The notes under the pieces were generated by a model. It did no database searches and was not told where the DNA came from. It was given only the letters and a program-made list of their open reading frames with translations. Below, one piece after another: positions 40,301-47,313 of a DNA stretch of 64,000 nucleotides. Each line of letters opens with the position of its first letter. Positions within the stretch are counted from its first letter, which is position 1. Both the position numbers and the translations under genes were made by a program. The stretch comes from a virus (lineage: Duplodnaviria > Caudoviricetes): positions 96,001 through 160,000 of the IMG/VR virus record IMGVR_UViG_3300047382_000771; one strand, given 5' to 3'.

Positions 40301-40999
40301 GTTATTCAACTTAACACCTGCATCAATTGCTACAGCACCCGTACGCTCCAACGCATTAATTAAATCTTCAGAACTAACCGCAAAGTTGACATCAACAGCG
40401 GCCAACTTATCAATAATGTCGGTCGTCGTGACACCGCTATCCCCAAATGCATTGACTGCTGCAGTTAAACCAGATACAGCCTCTTCAGCCTTTAAGCTTG
40501 TCAATCGAGTTAAAATTAGTGCATCATTTGTCCTTCTCAAGGTTTCCTCCATGGACAAACCCTGTCTTGAAAACTCTAATGCGGCCTCTGCCACCTGATT
40601 AAAAGACTGCCCCGTATTTTTAGCAGTATCAAACAACGCCATCCCAAAAGCTTCTATGCTTTGTTGTGATGAACCCATTATGACATTTATGTCAGCCATA
40701 ACCTTTTGGAACTTAATAGTTTCAGCAACTAACCCTTTAAAGGCATTACTGACAGCGTTAATTATTCCTACGGAAAGACCAAAAGCTATAACACGGGCAT
40801 TTGATGCTTCTAGTGACTTAGTAAATTCGTTAGCTGAAGCAGTGATTCTCCCCAAAGGCTGGGTAAAAGATTTTGAGTTTACTGAAAAATTAGCCTGCCT
40901 ACCAGATAGCCTAGACATCATTTTGTTGAATTGCATTTCAACAGAACGCATGCCTTGAGCATCTAGCTCTGGTCTTATTCCTACTCTAACTCCTGCCAT
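28343..40999 (-). CDS. tail tape measure protein (4218 aa) with an internal multi-module effector-like cassette
   Basis: TP901-type TMP N-terminus (FDTAKNTGQSFNQVAEAALEFSRQG...TNDALILTRL), long helical segments, C-terminal GGxV...VPAMLTAGE motifs, upstream of M/L/K/I-J genes. Confidence 0.92.
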   Translation of the reverse strand: MAGVRVGIRPELDAQGMRSVEMQFNKMMSRLSGRQANFSVNSKSFTQPLGRITASANEFTKSLEASNARVIAFGLSVGIINAVSNAFKGLVAETIKFQKVMADINVIMGSSQQSIEAFGMALFDTAKNTGQSFNQVAEAALEFSRQGLSMEETLRRTNDALILTRLTSLKAEEAVSGLTAAVNAFGDSGVTTTDIIDKLAAVDVNFAVSSEDLINALERTGAVAIDAGVKLNNLIGIVTSLQQTTARGGSVIGNGLKTIFTRIRRPESIRQLEEMGVQVKNLQGNLLPADKVLQNIAKSFDSLTESQQSNITQFAAGIFQANIFKSALRDLAKEQNIFERATAIAGDAMGDAAIKNEQLNKTLDALAKRTTVSIEELAEVIGNLTLKGPIGGILENVEGAANGLKNALGGGEEAGNTFFTGFVKGIGNVLSGPGLVAFTAVMGKMLMNVGKFASQSLKDVLGVVGRKEKLVQMENSIIGALSQNKQIQEGLNELEGDRLAQEKFMLKVIEAQTNAMIKQKQLASSLAGAALRAGVNPDLTVNTNSFVDLDGSGTGEVGTRASGHIPTSAKRKERKGAIEAGYTPGGISSMSISGVGKVVYNKAETVKKFPGMDQPAIMPPRSSRAGKKYEKEFSNKHGFDPYAFKGYVPNFAAIQNDLTTGSQAMELRGLETGQFKTSEYRKQLKEFIAEYGDQDLQGSGIDITFTTQANKLKGSSFKATGGDKSALSLGEYLEALGIKEIESKIPFGYIDDVPRMAKKPKVYHKKVLSNLNKGNNDHKGNVGESLFLGSGEGDGYRSSAGLEATDEYGSYKIDNSKGKSNFVVDAIKPGEVPFEIKAGEIDLNNIASKSIRRYSNFAFRDQVGAIADSFVGDTTPNPSAKGLTNDDVAKELNYMISKIEEDLLVESLAQLARMGSWNPVGMSMSEVRGLIQKNQLQKTLRENPALIDEAAKDLVVSHGISSGFVPNYASERDVYNMDGKTINARNEYTLASGKIFRPHRGQMVSSGGYVNGDVLDRTTSSVKTESIPVSDLLDPSTVLRTGFPATASKMGKDFQSTFGDRAYMGDPGGPTSRFDWEKNTEGDVNIGPGQYNPDTGINPHVIKSVTHGEAAKSGLSHTATKMLAKANNTPAIKSGLEFMMDRDGGSSILDVALPSHAAEFINSKGLDGYEMVGNKINYGLNSDPDVEDIASQGMNSLGVKMNPDWIRPSIYRDYVNTAQGLVPNFNALNLKTGYFSESQIKAAIKTAYERRTGGKIQMNSPEIEKYMHRYMAAIQDAQADDPEGFTTSYAGGDGKIKNERILFNEISLALEKAGNYYQPKPGETVREDDFSKGLVPNFANLTLYRGQNKSRQGIDEPTIGKNMPSFDGVKTPEDVVGVVQDFVKSHVSGVMAGYRDIGDVGNQKPSGATSFSTSKTVAKNFAGAIRPGKPVEEGHVLEKTVPEKNVFNKKKMLRILNKGADPEKGHYPKVEEFKEAMASGAIQKWAEENGGLYLNVYGRRNDRSLLDHYKMEYGRKEYDFYDKTMKQMVPESDIGYNPNGTRQILPGESEVMQVLNKGLVPNFAMSVRQMEDPATGTSLKYRQYPAGHAEILHATRGDKDLKGGAFNNFNKLLKDNESLGSGFLTPQRNGMGSTPWANIVSMFPQIKYRVQEGLQTGGVFGYSEGYDEQQMGFDSLVNFKSDINKHFTKPENADIASLVFKPFGGPYDMDEAVNFQDLMTTRVKGKGDSAAGFSSKGLVPNFVASNRVEKARKGLKADTKNYLKVTPDEYKQFQDIVEWMQMEFPVSGLRLDKETFSISANTEDIRHIKSVMDNPSVIRNMEKDGIKQPSKLMKSFLKKHTESLLQAKNFQRKGISEGVTSNHLLRGYFKGDEDKYYDVANKGIVPNFSDPLVQAIKREKAAGVPPSTIRIERSNQLVDRKNPLGLAVTNTRDEPLGVNQGIKRAKSMNIDPKKHGAQKGLVPNYALTRRGSKFGEYDSSQSNYSQFAAKPIVPVSGPSAPLGGSNQDKILEPIITSINEGAKDLEKGLQFLKDKLTKTEFEKASKSVEEVSTQISHAEKAAAGGDKDAFVNPALTGATDLARKEMFGAFQKAEARSGGDSEVIKEGDKVARVFNDLAVKTGKAEAAIEAESKGRENGLQRLFFFQSMISMANGFLGEFASTASGASKNLAELGMGASQVFAAYMQQKELIPEISEALGQSSDEQRSVGDIFGGNPQREAAANAGEREAVSRNLRNQQRGGVRGGLAKMTGGKIPLLGKSVGALARGFTRFLPVIGQLYTGFTLVNEAFKFFVGEGIFDLLSSSASKARKQIEELGKTSETVSAALESMKSKEEIQQKMVDLEILGSGRTQKQEQEYYDLRLKSLDADSKLMDSMGALYDENKVGEFGLKAVNKALGGSTEAHAANKKALQDLLVVTKMLTAVESNRVNFSENVDKADSDDNVEKFLRLSEAEGARSAFAMQDLLKGKSGASAVEQDSSLQKNISELRKLAANPSMDIDELNFDANELVGSVGIQGMLDNLKKTTDEFEYDMGGLSDNEIKGFAALINRLADSLSKNDISDGQKAIMMADTKFAKELNKLVNLAKTRVSYEKITLGHQLELNKLRREESAASEDLISEYGMMSNATAAFNKVSRDAASQLDALNKKRADAEDELSIAILDQAKTIMTTNLLSPDLKREGDDLAKSISTFNKRLQNAANADFEFTEFNSRVITDLNVDDEIKNGVSRIFEGAEIDEGTQFQEKLNEITQKIADEQDPRVQLAATLAAVESGILAVEESTLQKLAEASDKYSQLLVSVDLEAKRQDEKNKQSLKKLLIEAKTVEGAKLLEKELNKTLATQETITENLMGQAATLSVQNKFASKRLKLEQDSLAFQGLIFQNLRKQAIESSKSGMEGLSSSRMSNSLLSSAPSKNQEVLDTQQLLMKNQLIKIGEEASSAESAAIEADIRRGMLSDLNMLGKIVADEASAEADNLAIEVQKKALKLSALDNNAKSLETIKSTVQGEMIDLVTTNKTAQIRREIMDKMGYRSIIADQQIEQELSELKDGNKLEKEKLQRLIITGKINEIVSEQVEQEILSTEKSSLINAKKELLLSLNDQMAERMRAAVSLEETGNKLKALRNAKEQALMDQPTMDLMVAADVQTEKFQSLGAVRQSATRATLTDDPDDILAFAEAYKAYNKEIGNNSEIVDALKVKMAEMNAQASNLKSDLVNLGIDSARSGLKGAFKDIATGAKDIGEAFADVGLGIADTIMDRMMDANIDNIIKDLTFAFTGESAKSDAQMVVDANTELGAKLDESSNVEKELSSKLESLISRVESGLTDGVELTNTEKLVANLKSEIAGGASDFAAKFREELKGLFGDKPQWIDNAIEGLKSPMVDLKDSLILLKDAIEKKQLTEAPSSSSKDKVEQVQKTAEKKANEANKPKSQDQINSIALKNKVDPFKQSYDKNPYVNVEMQRRSMMERDLDVSKYDDSKMSEITRNKNIDIAKSKLHNIRSDKDHAQSMIDNSQKTIKSFKGPLYENKGMFMGGNQLVRPTGKNFDEFSSLSKSKDYAQSNFDVQQNKVNDLKLNSDLTNSEDKAEYDSAIAKLEMFRGKLEDAEAALAPLAAELARAQEQLKKYSNKLSQAESKEKVAQKEVNDFVTSDRAVPVGYERPIMAEPATVSVANPQESIATAGTPELSQLVQSADANAQATNAHLGKLVGEVNSAKTEISKIPIALNGIKNSTPSPAEMMAGGKVKKYAKGGLVNGPGGIDNVPAMLTAGEYVIPKDVVSKFNKGGKATWQDRLKSGAQGVMNTAASAYGSHAASRSAQKPQEAGPPVFDEKQLQSLDLGFDVSLNANDKMVSGRLAESNAGLQEYEQHLLNLHEYNVGKKNQKFEKRMGTFNQIMGMVGGYVTSGLVSMGTTLASPLIAKGKEKLGGLFKSKEEKMLDQAKKDVTSKAVSDEVNSFIGDLYGDGKSKNQISQNRRAKKHTVQSGINLTNANILAGHNRYSANKTGIDHANRRKLRGYNKGGSVVPAMLTAGESLIPSSVAKKIGYSNLEQLNTSGDIPIVRGQSGIDKVGPVGLNEGDFVVKKSSTDKLMKRNPNLFKMAVQNPDGFRKGINNYYQGGVVSNNRLPSASAQPQMAPQMPQVQAPQMAPLPESTGQSGQQPSSASSVTNNINVNVSIDESGKETSTETGGAGGSKGGANEKDLSKKIKAAVLDVIRQEKRVGGELS
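28911..29800 (-). repeat. duplicated GG-x-V...VPAMLTAGE motif in the TMP C-terminus
   Basis: AKGGLVNGPGGIDNVPAMLTAGEYVIPK (~29697-29800) and NKGGSVVPAMLTAGESLIPS (~28911-28970). Confidence 0.8.
35102..39064 (-). repeat. eight dispersed peptide repeats G-[YFLI]-V-P-N-[FY] in the TMP
   Basis: Copies at 39044-39064, 38093-38113, 37322-37342, 36983-37003, 36308-36328, 35771-35791, 35333-35353 and 35102-35122 (TMP residues 646, 963, 1220, 1333, 1558, 1737, 1883, 1960). Confidence 0.95.
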
Positions 41000-41031
41000 A
41001 ATTACCTTGTTCCTTTATAATCATACTATTA

Positions 41032-41037
41032 TTACAC
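41032..41037 (-). promoter_or_regulatory. GTGTAA motif upstream of the TMP gene
   Basis: ttacac on +, 32 nt before ATG 40999. Confidence 0.45.
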
Positions 41038-41076
41038 AAGAACTATGGATCTTGCATATAAAATATATAAGACTTT

Positions 41077-44000
41077 TTAAACTTGACCACCGCAATCGCT
41101 CGCAGTTCTTATGAAAGTATTACCTCCACCTAGTGAAGTTCCATTACTATGATTGGTTATTGTTAGGTTTCCGTTACTATCTGTTGTGTAATTTGATGTA
41201 TTAGATACATTTGTATCATATATAATTTCTCCTTCACTACCTGCAGCTGAAATAAACCCATTTGGGTTAATATTAGCGAACAGAGGATGGTACCCAGATG
41301 GAATATAATTTGTATTAGCCAGTATAGTTGAAATCTTATAAGCATTATTCCCAGCTGTTCTATCTATATTACCAGTAAACCTAACACCATAATAAGGTAA
41401 AATCTGGTTTACGGAACTTTGGAAAGTATTATGGTCTGTTATAATAAATAAACCCCCACCTTCGTCAAAGTAATCCAGCAAACCTTGTATAAGGCTATTC
41501 GGCAAATACGCACCACCCGTATAATTAGTCCCTAGCCATACTATTACATCGTATCCGTTAAAATATGTTTTCCATGCTGATCGCGTGGTGTGCAAATTTT
41601 GCAAATACCCACTATGAGTGCTTGCACTCTCACTACCTATAGAGGAAGCTGTAAACCCTGCAACTCTAGCAATATCGAGTACAGTATTGTGAAATACTTT
41701 TGCAGTGTAATTTCCGCCTGGTGCGTCATTGATATATAAAAGTTTTTTCTGTGACCCCTCTTCTCTTTCCACGTGGCTTATGGCATTATAAAAATAAGGA
41801 TACTGGGCTGGCACAGAAGAATCATATATAGAAACACTTCCATTTTTAATGCCCGCGCTATAAGATGCCCACTTGCTATTGTAAAATTTAGGAAAGCCTC
41901 CATCGAATACAAGCCTACCTCCAGGGCCAGATGTCTGGGTCCTGACTTGGCCAGAACCCTCCGCTATGAATAAATTATTAAATTGATCATTAGCTATAGG
42001 CCTAACCAACCCTCTTGTTTCTAGACTTCCTGTTTGTTCAGATATTGTTATTCCGCTATTCGGGGCGGCTCCTGAAATCTGCAAGTTATTATTGGAGTCT
42101 TTAGTCATAGTGTAATTGCCGCAAGGGTTAGTTACAAACTCTACAGTATTTGATGTACCCGTGACAGCTCCCGCGTTCACATTCCCTGTAGCCCTACATC
42201 TACAATAATACTTAGTGTAAGCTATTAAGTCACTAAATATAGTGGACGTTTGAAATGTGGTGAAAACTTTTGCTTCAACTAATTGATTAAAACTTGAACT
42301 CGTACTTATTTCATAAGTATAAGTAGTAGTCCCGTTGTCATTTATAGCCTGATTATCCAAAGCTGACCTAGTCCACCTAAACTCTAATTCTTTAAATGCT
42401 TGGTATGCAGTTGTGCCTACAATATTCTGTTGTCTTCCAACAAATACAAAATTAGCAGTAATTATATCGTCTGATAGTCCCACGGTAAAAGTAGTTGAAC
42501 TACTATTTGGATCACTGATTGAGCCGATTCCAGTATTACTCCAATTTGAGAATTCATAATTAGTATTTGCTGTTGCCTGAATTTGAATTGCCGATTCGTA
42601 ATAATATTGGTTAGCCCCAATAGTGGATGGAGTAGTGGTTACCCCAGAACCATTAGAGTCTCCATTAACTGTCACGGTGTAAGGCACACTATTATACACA
42701 GCACTAATAACTATATCCGAAGCAGGCATCGACAAAACAGCCTCTGGATTATACTGGTCGCTATATGTGATTCCAGATATATTACTTTCCCATCTATCGA
42801 ATGTAAAACCTCGTTCAGGAATAGCTCTAATTGTTACACTATCCCCATAGTTTGCTACAGAATTAGATGTATTTAAGGTTGTGCCATTAATATTTAAAAT
42901 TGCTTCCTCACCAGATAACCCATCAACTCTTACATTATAATTAACCATTTCGTATTTCGGGGTAATGATTGAGTCTCCAGCTCCTACAGTAAATACCGCT
43001 GGATTACTGGTGGGATTGTCTAAAGAACCTGGCCCAGATATTTCCCAACTAGAAAACTGCCATCCAATGTCAGGGGTAGCAGTAACCGTCATAGTTTGAA
43101 ATATATTATTAGGGAAAGCAGCCTTGCTCGCAACCGCAGTCCCGTTAGACCCATCAGCCACATTAACTGTGTAATCTATGGGGCTGTACACAGCTCTAAT
43201 AAAAGAGTCCGCTGGACCAACAGTTAAAACTGTCCTAGCCGAAGTTATATCGTCCAATAATCCAACTCCCTGAATTATCATCCAACTTTCAAACTTGTAT
43301 CCTGCATCGGGTACGGCTAAGATCTCTACTTTATTATCTATGTTGTATAAGCCAGAACCTAATTCTTGAAAATCTAAAGGCCTGCCTGTTGTATCAAAAC
43401 TATCAATATCGCCATCTACTGTAATTAAATAATCTATTGGGTTAATATTTGCCCTGATTAATGTGTCAGAATTATCAACCCTATAAACTGTCGAAGCATT
43501 TAATTCGTCCCCAATTTCACCATTACCATTAACTATTGACCATGATGCAAAAGAATATCCAGGTCCAGGATAAAATACTAAATTTAATACATCAAATATG
43601 TTATATATTCCACTATTATCTTGCAGCGTACCTATGTAACTATAAGGAAGATTATTGGAGTCAGTCCCCCCTGTTAATATATTTCTATCTGGATACCCAT
43701 TTACAATAAAGTCCATTTTAATATCATAATCTATTAACCCAAACACACCCTTGATCTGAGCATCAGCATTAAAAATTCTAAAATTTGTAGACGACTGCAA
43801 TGGCTCTTCTATTATCCCAAAACCAGTTTGTTCCCAACCTATGAAGTAATGCCCCCTTATGTCGTTAGCATTTAATGGGATTAAAGTGTCTTGTGTGCCG
43901 CTGACTTCTATATTTGGCTGTGGTAAAAGTGGGTGGGTGTCAAATTCAATACTTATATTATAAATACTAAAATAAATATTTCTTGTAGCTGAGATAAACC

Positions 44001-44511
44001 CATCTACATTTAAAGATTCCACGGTGAGTTCATGTTCTTGTCCTGTTGGCAAATCTAGCTCTTGGTCCACAATTAAATCATCAATAGATTTATTTATATA
44101 TTCACCATCGTTTACTTTCCATCTCCATGAAAACGCATCAGTCCCTCCTATTTCAACATCAAAACTTAATCTTCCTGGACTAAATGTTTTGTAATCAAAA
44201 TTATTAATAACAAGTTCCACATCCGCAAGGAAATACATATCTATTTGTCCAGGAGATATCCCCGCTTTATTTTTAGCAAATACTGCATAGTACCATTCAC
44301 CCCTCTCTTTTTCTTCATCTATAAAAGAGTATTCTTCTTTCGTAAGGTCTACAGTCCTATATACAAGCTCCCCCTTTTCTGCGACCTCTTCCATGTCGGT
44401 GGTTAAACCTTTAAATGGCTCAAGCCGATATCTAAAGACCACTATTTCATCAGATTCTTCCACAAGCTCTGGTTGACCAAAAGACACATTTAAATCTACT
44501 TTTTTCATCAT
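41077..44511 (-). CDS. adhesin-like virion protein: FN3-like N-domain, tandem divergent InlB-B/Flg_new-like repeats, FN3, C-terminal alpha/beta domain
   Basis: Repeated A.P..G[YWF].F..W...G.G.+.DP.S..T.F.VG..D..I.A.[YF] units; RLVFDGGFPKFYN in the C-terminal domain. Confidence 0.7.
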   Translation of the reverse strand: MMKKVDLNVSFGQPELVEESDEIVVFRYRLEPFKGLTTDMEEVAEKGELVYRTVDLTKEEYSFIDEEKERGEWYYAVFAKNKAGISPGQIDMYFLADVELVINNFDYKTFSPGRLSFDVEIGGTDAFSWRWKVNDGEYINKSIDDLIVDQELDLPTGQEHELTVESLNVDGFISATRNIYFSIYNISIEFDTHPLLPQPNIEVSGTQDTLIPLNANDIRGHYFIGWEQTGFGIIEEPLQSSTNFRIFNADAQIKGVFGLIDYDIKMDFIVNGYPDRNILTGGTDSNNLPYSYIGTLQDNSGIYNIFDVLNLVFYPGPGYSFASWSIVNGNGEIGDELNASTVYRVDNSDTLIRANINPIDYLITVDGDIDSFDTTGRPLDFQELGSGLYNIDNKVEILAVPDAGYKFESWMIIQGVGLLDDITSARTVLTVGPADSFIRAVYSPIDYTVNVADGSNGTAVASKAAFPNNIFQTMTVTATPDIGWQFSSWEISGPGSLDNPTSNPAVFTVGAGDSIITPKYEMVNYNVRVDGLSGEEAILNINGTTLNTSNSVANYGDSVTIRAIPERGFTFDRWESNISGITYSDQYNPEAVLSMPASDIVISAVYNSVPYTVTVNGDSNGSGVTTTPSTIGANQYYYESAIQIQATANTNYEFSNWSNTGIGSISDPNSSSTTFTVGLSDDIITANFVFVGRQQNIVGTTAYQAFKELEFRWTRSALDNQAINDNGTTTYTYEISTSSSFNQLVEAKVFTTFQTSTIFSDLIAYTKYYCRCRATGNVNAGAVTGTSNTVEFVTNPCGNYTMTKDSNNNLQISGAAPNSGITISEQTGSLETRGLVRPIANDQFNNLFIAEGSGQVRTQTSGPGGRLVFDGGFPKFYNSKWASYSAGIKNGSVSIYDSSVPAQYPYFYNAISHVEREEGSQKKLLYINDAPGGNYTAKVFHNTVLDIARVAGFTASSIGSESASTHSGYLQNLHTTRSAWKTYFNGYDVIVWLGTNYTGGAYLPNSLIQGLLDYFDEGGGLFIITDHNTFQSSVNQILPYYGVRFTGNIDRTAGNNAYKISTILANTNYIPSGYHPLFANINPNGFISAAGSEGEIIYDTNVSNTSNYTTDSNGNLTITNHSNGTSLGGGNTFIRTASDCGGQV

Positions 44512-45254
44512 TCTGGTTTATAGTGAGCGATTAATTCTACATTAGACATTATTCTTGCATTAGTTGTACTAGAAGTTATATCTTCAAATACAGCCGAACC
44601 CTGAGTTTCCCATGTGTCAAAAACATATCCAGGCTTTGGATCTGGAGCAACTATTTCGAAAAAATTATCCCACATTTGCTGGAAACTTATAGAATCCTCC
44701 CCATTGTACTTTAAAGAATTTCCATCTTCTAGCATGGTTACAGAAAATACATCCAAATGATATTCAACTGTTTTAGTTACAGATAGATTTTCATCTCTTC
44801 CCTCTATTATTATTTTTTGAGGACCACTATCTATATTTACTGTTTGAGTAATATTTGTCTCTGATAGGTCGTAGTCAGTTGCAACATAATCTCCATAATA
44901 CCAATGCCAACTACTGACATCTAAACCGCTAATATTTAATTCTAAATATAATATTCCTTTTACATATTCTAAATTTATTATTTCGATATCAGCGTCTATT
45001 GTTAAATAATTTTTCATCGCGCCAGGACAAAGTAAACCCTTCCTGTTTTCCGCAAATATAGCATAATACCAATCCCCCCTCTCAACGGTGTCTCTGTGGT
45101 ATCCAGAATATATTTCACCTGTTTCAAATATCTTCTCTCCGCTTTGGGGCATTTCTTCTATAGACACCTCCCCGCTGTGTCTGTATATTAATATATTCCT
45201 AGTGTCGCCACTAAACAATGGAGTCTTCCATGATAAATGTAATTCTGTAGACAT
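44508..45254 (-). CDS. short paralogue of the adhesin-like proteins (FN3-like N-domain + one InlB-B-like repeat)
   Basis: LSWKTP...ERGDWYYAIFAENRKG matches ERGEWYYAVFAKNKAG of 41077-44511; APDPKPGYVFDTWE repeat. Confidence 0.65.
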   Translation of the reverse strand: MSTELHLSWKTPLFSGDTRNILIYRHSGEVSIEEMPQSGEKIFETGEIYSGYHRDTVERGDWYYAIFAENRKGLLCPGAMKNYLTIDADIEIINLEYVKGILYLELNISGLDVSSWHWYYGDYVATDYDLSETNITQTVNIDSGPQKIIIEGRDENLSVTKTVEYHLDVFSVTMLEDGNSLKYNGEDSISFQQMWDNFFEIVAPDPKPGYVFDTWETQGSAVFEDITSSTTNARIMSNVELIAHYKPE

Positions 45255-45255
45255 A

Positions 45256-47313
45256 TTAAAAAAATTCTATCTCATACAGGTCCCATCCAGTTGATGATGT
45301 GACCGCCTCAACTCTTATAAACGCTATAAAGCCTGTGGTTTGCCCTTTGTCTAAAGATATAGCTACATTACCGTCTGCTTTGTGAAGATTCTGCATAATA
45401 GTTTTGTTAGCATCAACTATCGTTCTGTTTTCTACACCAATTTGACCTGGACCATTTGGGCTGGCGTTACTCCTATTCCCAAAACTTGCTACAGCCGAAT
45501 CGGCACTTGTGTTTGTTAATGTAACCTGCGGTTGAGTTTGAAATTGGCCATTAACCGCATCTCCACCTCCGCCAGTATATAAAAACCTTGTAACTGTAAA
45601 AGTACCTACTCCATGAGGGTTATTGCTATTTCTCAATGCATCCCCAACATAAAGCGAATCTGCCACCAAATGAGCAGGATCCCCTGGGTTAGTAGCACCG
45701 TCAGGGTTAAAATATATCTGAAACCTGTCTGGAACATTATAGGCATTAAAATGACAAACAACTTTCACGGGATCTGTCCCTATAACCAAGGGTATATCGT
45801 AAAGGCCCTGGCGAGCACTAAAGTTGACAGAATCCCCCCTGGAAACCCCAACACCTATTTCTACCGATGTTTCGTTACTGTCAGACTGACCATCATTGAC
45901 TTTGTATTTAAATTCATCCACCATATCGAAACTATCGTCATGTTGATATTTAATATGACTTCCATTTGGGTCAGGGTTTCCACTTGCGTCTGTAATAGTT
46001 GCGGTTCCATGTGCGGGCACCTGTGTAATTATGATTGTTAATACATCTCCATCTGGGTCAAAGTCGTTACTCTTAACATCGATTATAATAGACCCCCCTT
46101 TTTTTCCAACGGCTCTAGGGTCTTTATTGGCTATGGGCGGAGCATTGTCAAGAAAAACTCTTGCTAGTAAATCTATTTTGTTTTCAGTTACTTCGAAGCT
46201 GTAACTATTTCCATCAACAATCTTTCCATTAGTATCATCAATAGATTGCACTAAATATCTATCTCCAGGATCAGGTATAGTGAATGTTGCGATATCTCCA
46301 CACTTATATGTTTGATCAAATAAAACTTGGCCATCCCTGCTATCACCATAACCTATCGATTTAACTTGGACTTGATAGCTTGGAACTTCAACAATCGCTG
46401 TAAGATTAACATCTTGAGTCATCCTTACTTTTGTCTTATTGGAAAATTTATCTAATACAGCGGCACCACTCCATTCAACGAATTGCAGACATGCACTCCC
46501 AACATCAGCCTCAAATTCAACAAGATCGTTTCTTTCATAAGGCCCTGCTCCTATAAAATCTAAAGTGCCAGGATCTTGAAGGGAGTCTTTGTCAAGAGCA
46601 CTAAGTGTTAAATCAAATGTCACTAGGCCAAAATGTCCAGTTATTACTTTGTCCCTATCCATAATTATAGTACTATGTGGATCTAGCGGGTCAGTTACTT
46701 CATCTCCATCCCAATATTTAAATTCTAAATTATCAGTATCATTACCTACTCCTCTTAATTGAATTTCTCCACCATTTGGATATATACCAGTAAAAGCACT
46801 AGTACCATCTCCATGTCTAATAATTAATTGTCTATTGTAAAATAATGGAAATGGATCATCTTCATCTAACACACCATCATTATCATCATCAAGATCATAA
46901 TCATTAGTAATTCCATCTCCATCAGTATCTAGCTTTAAATAATTTAAACCAAAATCAGCATCTTGAAGATCGGGAATACCGTCATTATCAAAGTCATATG
47001 GATATATGTCTTCGTCGTCAGGTATCCCATCTCCATCTGAGTCTGGGTAAACTTTAAAAGTTTTTAAAGTACATTCTGTATAGCTAACTTTATTTCTTGC
47101 AATAGCTATATATTTAAACTCGCCAACTGAATTCAGTTGATCAATATATGTGCCATTAGATATTCTATTGGTAACGTATATAGGCTGTGTAGAGTTAACT
47201 ATTCTATCGCAACTTCTCAACGCACTACCTTTATATATTTCAATGGTATCAATATCAGATGTGTCATCTGGTGTTTCCCATGAAACTAATATATTGTAAG
47301 GTAGGTAGCTCAT
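45256..47313 (-). CDS. adhesin-like virion protein: FN3-like, TSP3-type Ca-binding repeats, InlB-B-like repeats, Big_9/cadherin-like domain
   Basis: DSDGDGIPDDED / DFDNDGIPDLQD / DTDGDGITNDYD / DDDNDGVLDEDD; NAPPIANKD...DVKSNDFDPDGDVLTI...PAHGTATI...DEFKYKVNDG. Confidence 0.75.
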   Translation of the reverse strand: MSYLPYNILVSWETPDDTSDIDTIEIYKGSALRSCDRIVNSTQPIYVTNRISNGTYIDQLNSVGEFKYIAIARNKVSYTECTLKTFKVYPDSDGDGIPDDEDIYPYDFDNDGIPDLQDADFGLNYLKLDTDGDGITNDYDLDDDNDGVLDEDDPFPLFYNRQLIIRHGDGTSAFTGIYPNGGEIQLRGVGNDTDNLEFKYWDGDEVTDPLDPHSTIIMDRDKVITGHFGLVTFDLTLSALDKDSLQDPGTLDFIGAGPYERNDLVEFEADVGSACLQFVEWSGAAVLDKFSNKTKVRMTQDVNLTAIVEVPSYQVQVKSIGYGDSRDGQVLFDQTYKCGDIATFTIPDPGDRYLVQSIDDTNGKIVDGNSYSFEVTENKIDLLARVFLDNAPPIANKDPRAVGKKGGSIIIDVKSNDFDPDGDVLTIIITQVPAHGTATITDASGNPDPNGSHIKYQHDDSFDMVDEFKYKVNDGQSDSNETSVEIGVGVSRGDSVNFSARQGLYDIPLVIGTDPVKVVCHFNAYNVPDRFQIYFNPDGATNPGDPAHLVADSLYVGDALRNSNNPHGVGTFTVTRFLYTGGGGDAVNGQFQTQPQVTLTNTSADSAVASFGNRSNASPNGPGQIGVENRTIVDANKTIMQNLHKADGNVAISLDKGQTTGFIAFIRVEAVTSSTGWDLYEIEFF

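Noticed and set aside
39567-40958. Long antisense ORFs on + within the TMP and other structural genes (for example 39567-40043, 40194-40598, 20461-20769, 63005-63451)
   Set aside because: Shadow ORFs opposite well-supported genes; no RBS or recognisable protein motifs
46850-47040. ATC-rich tandem-like repeat resembling a microsatellite or CRISPR array
   Set aside because: Explained by Asp-rich TSP3-type coding repeats; no constant repeat-spacer structure
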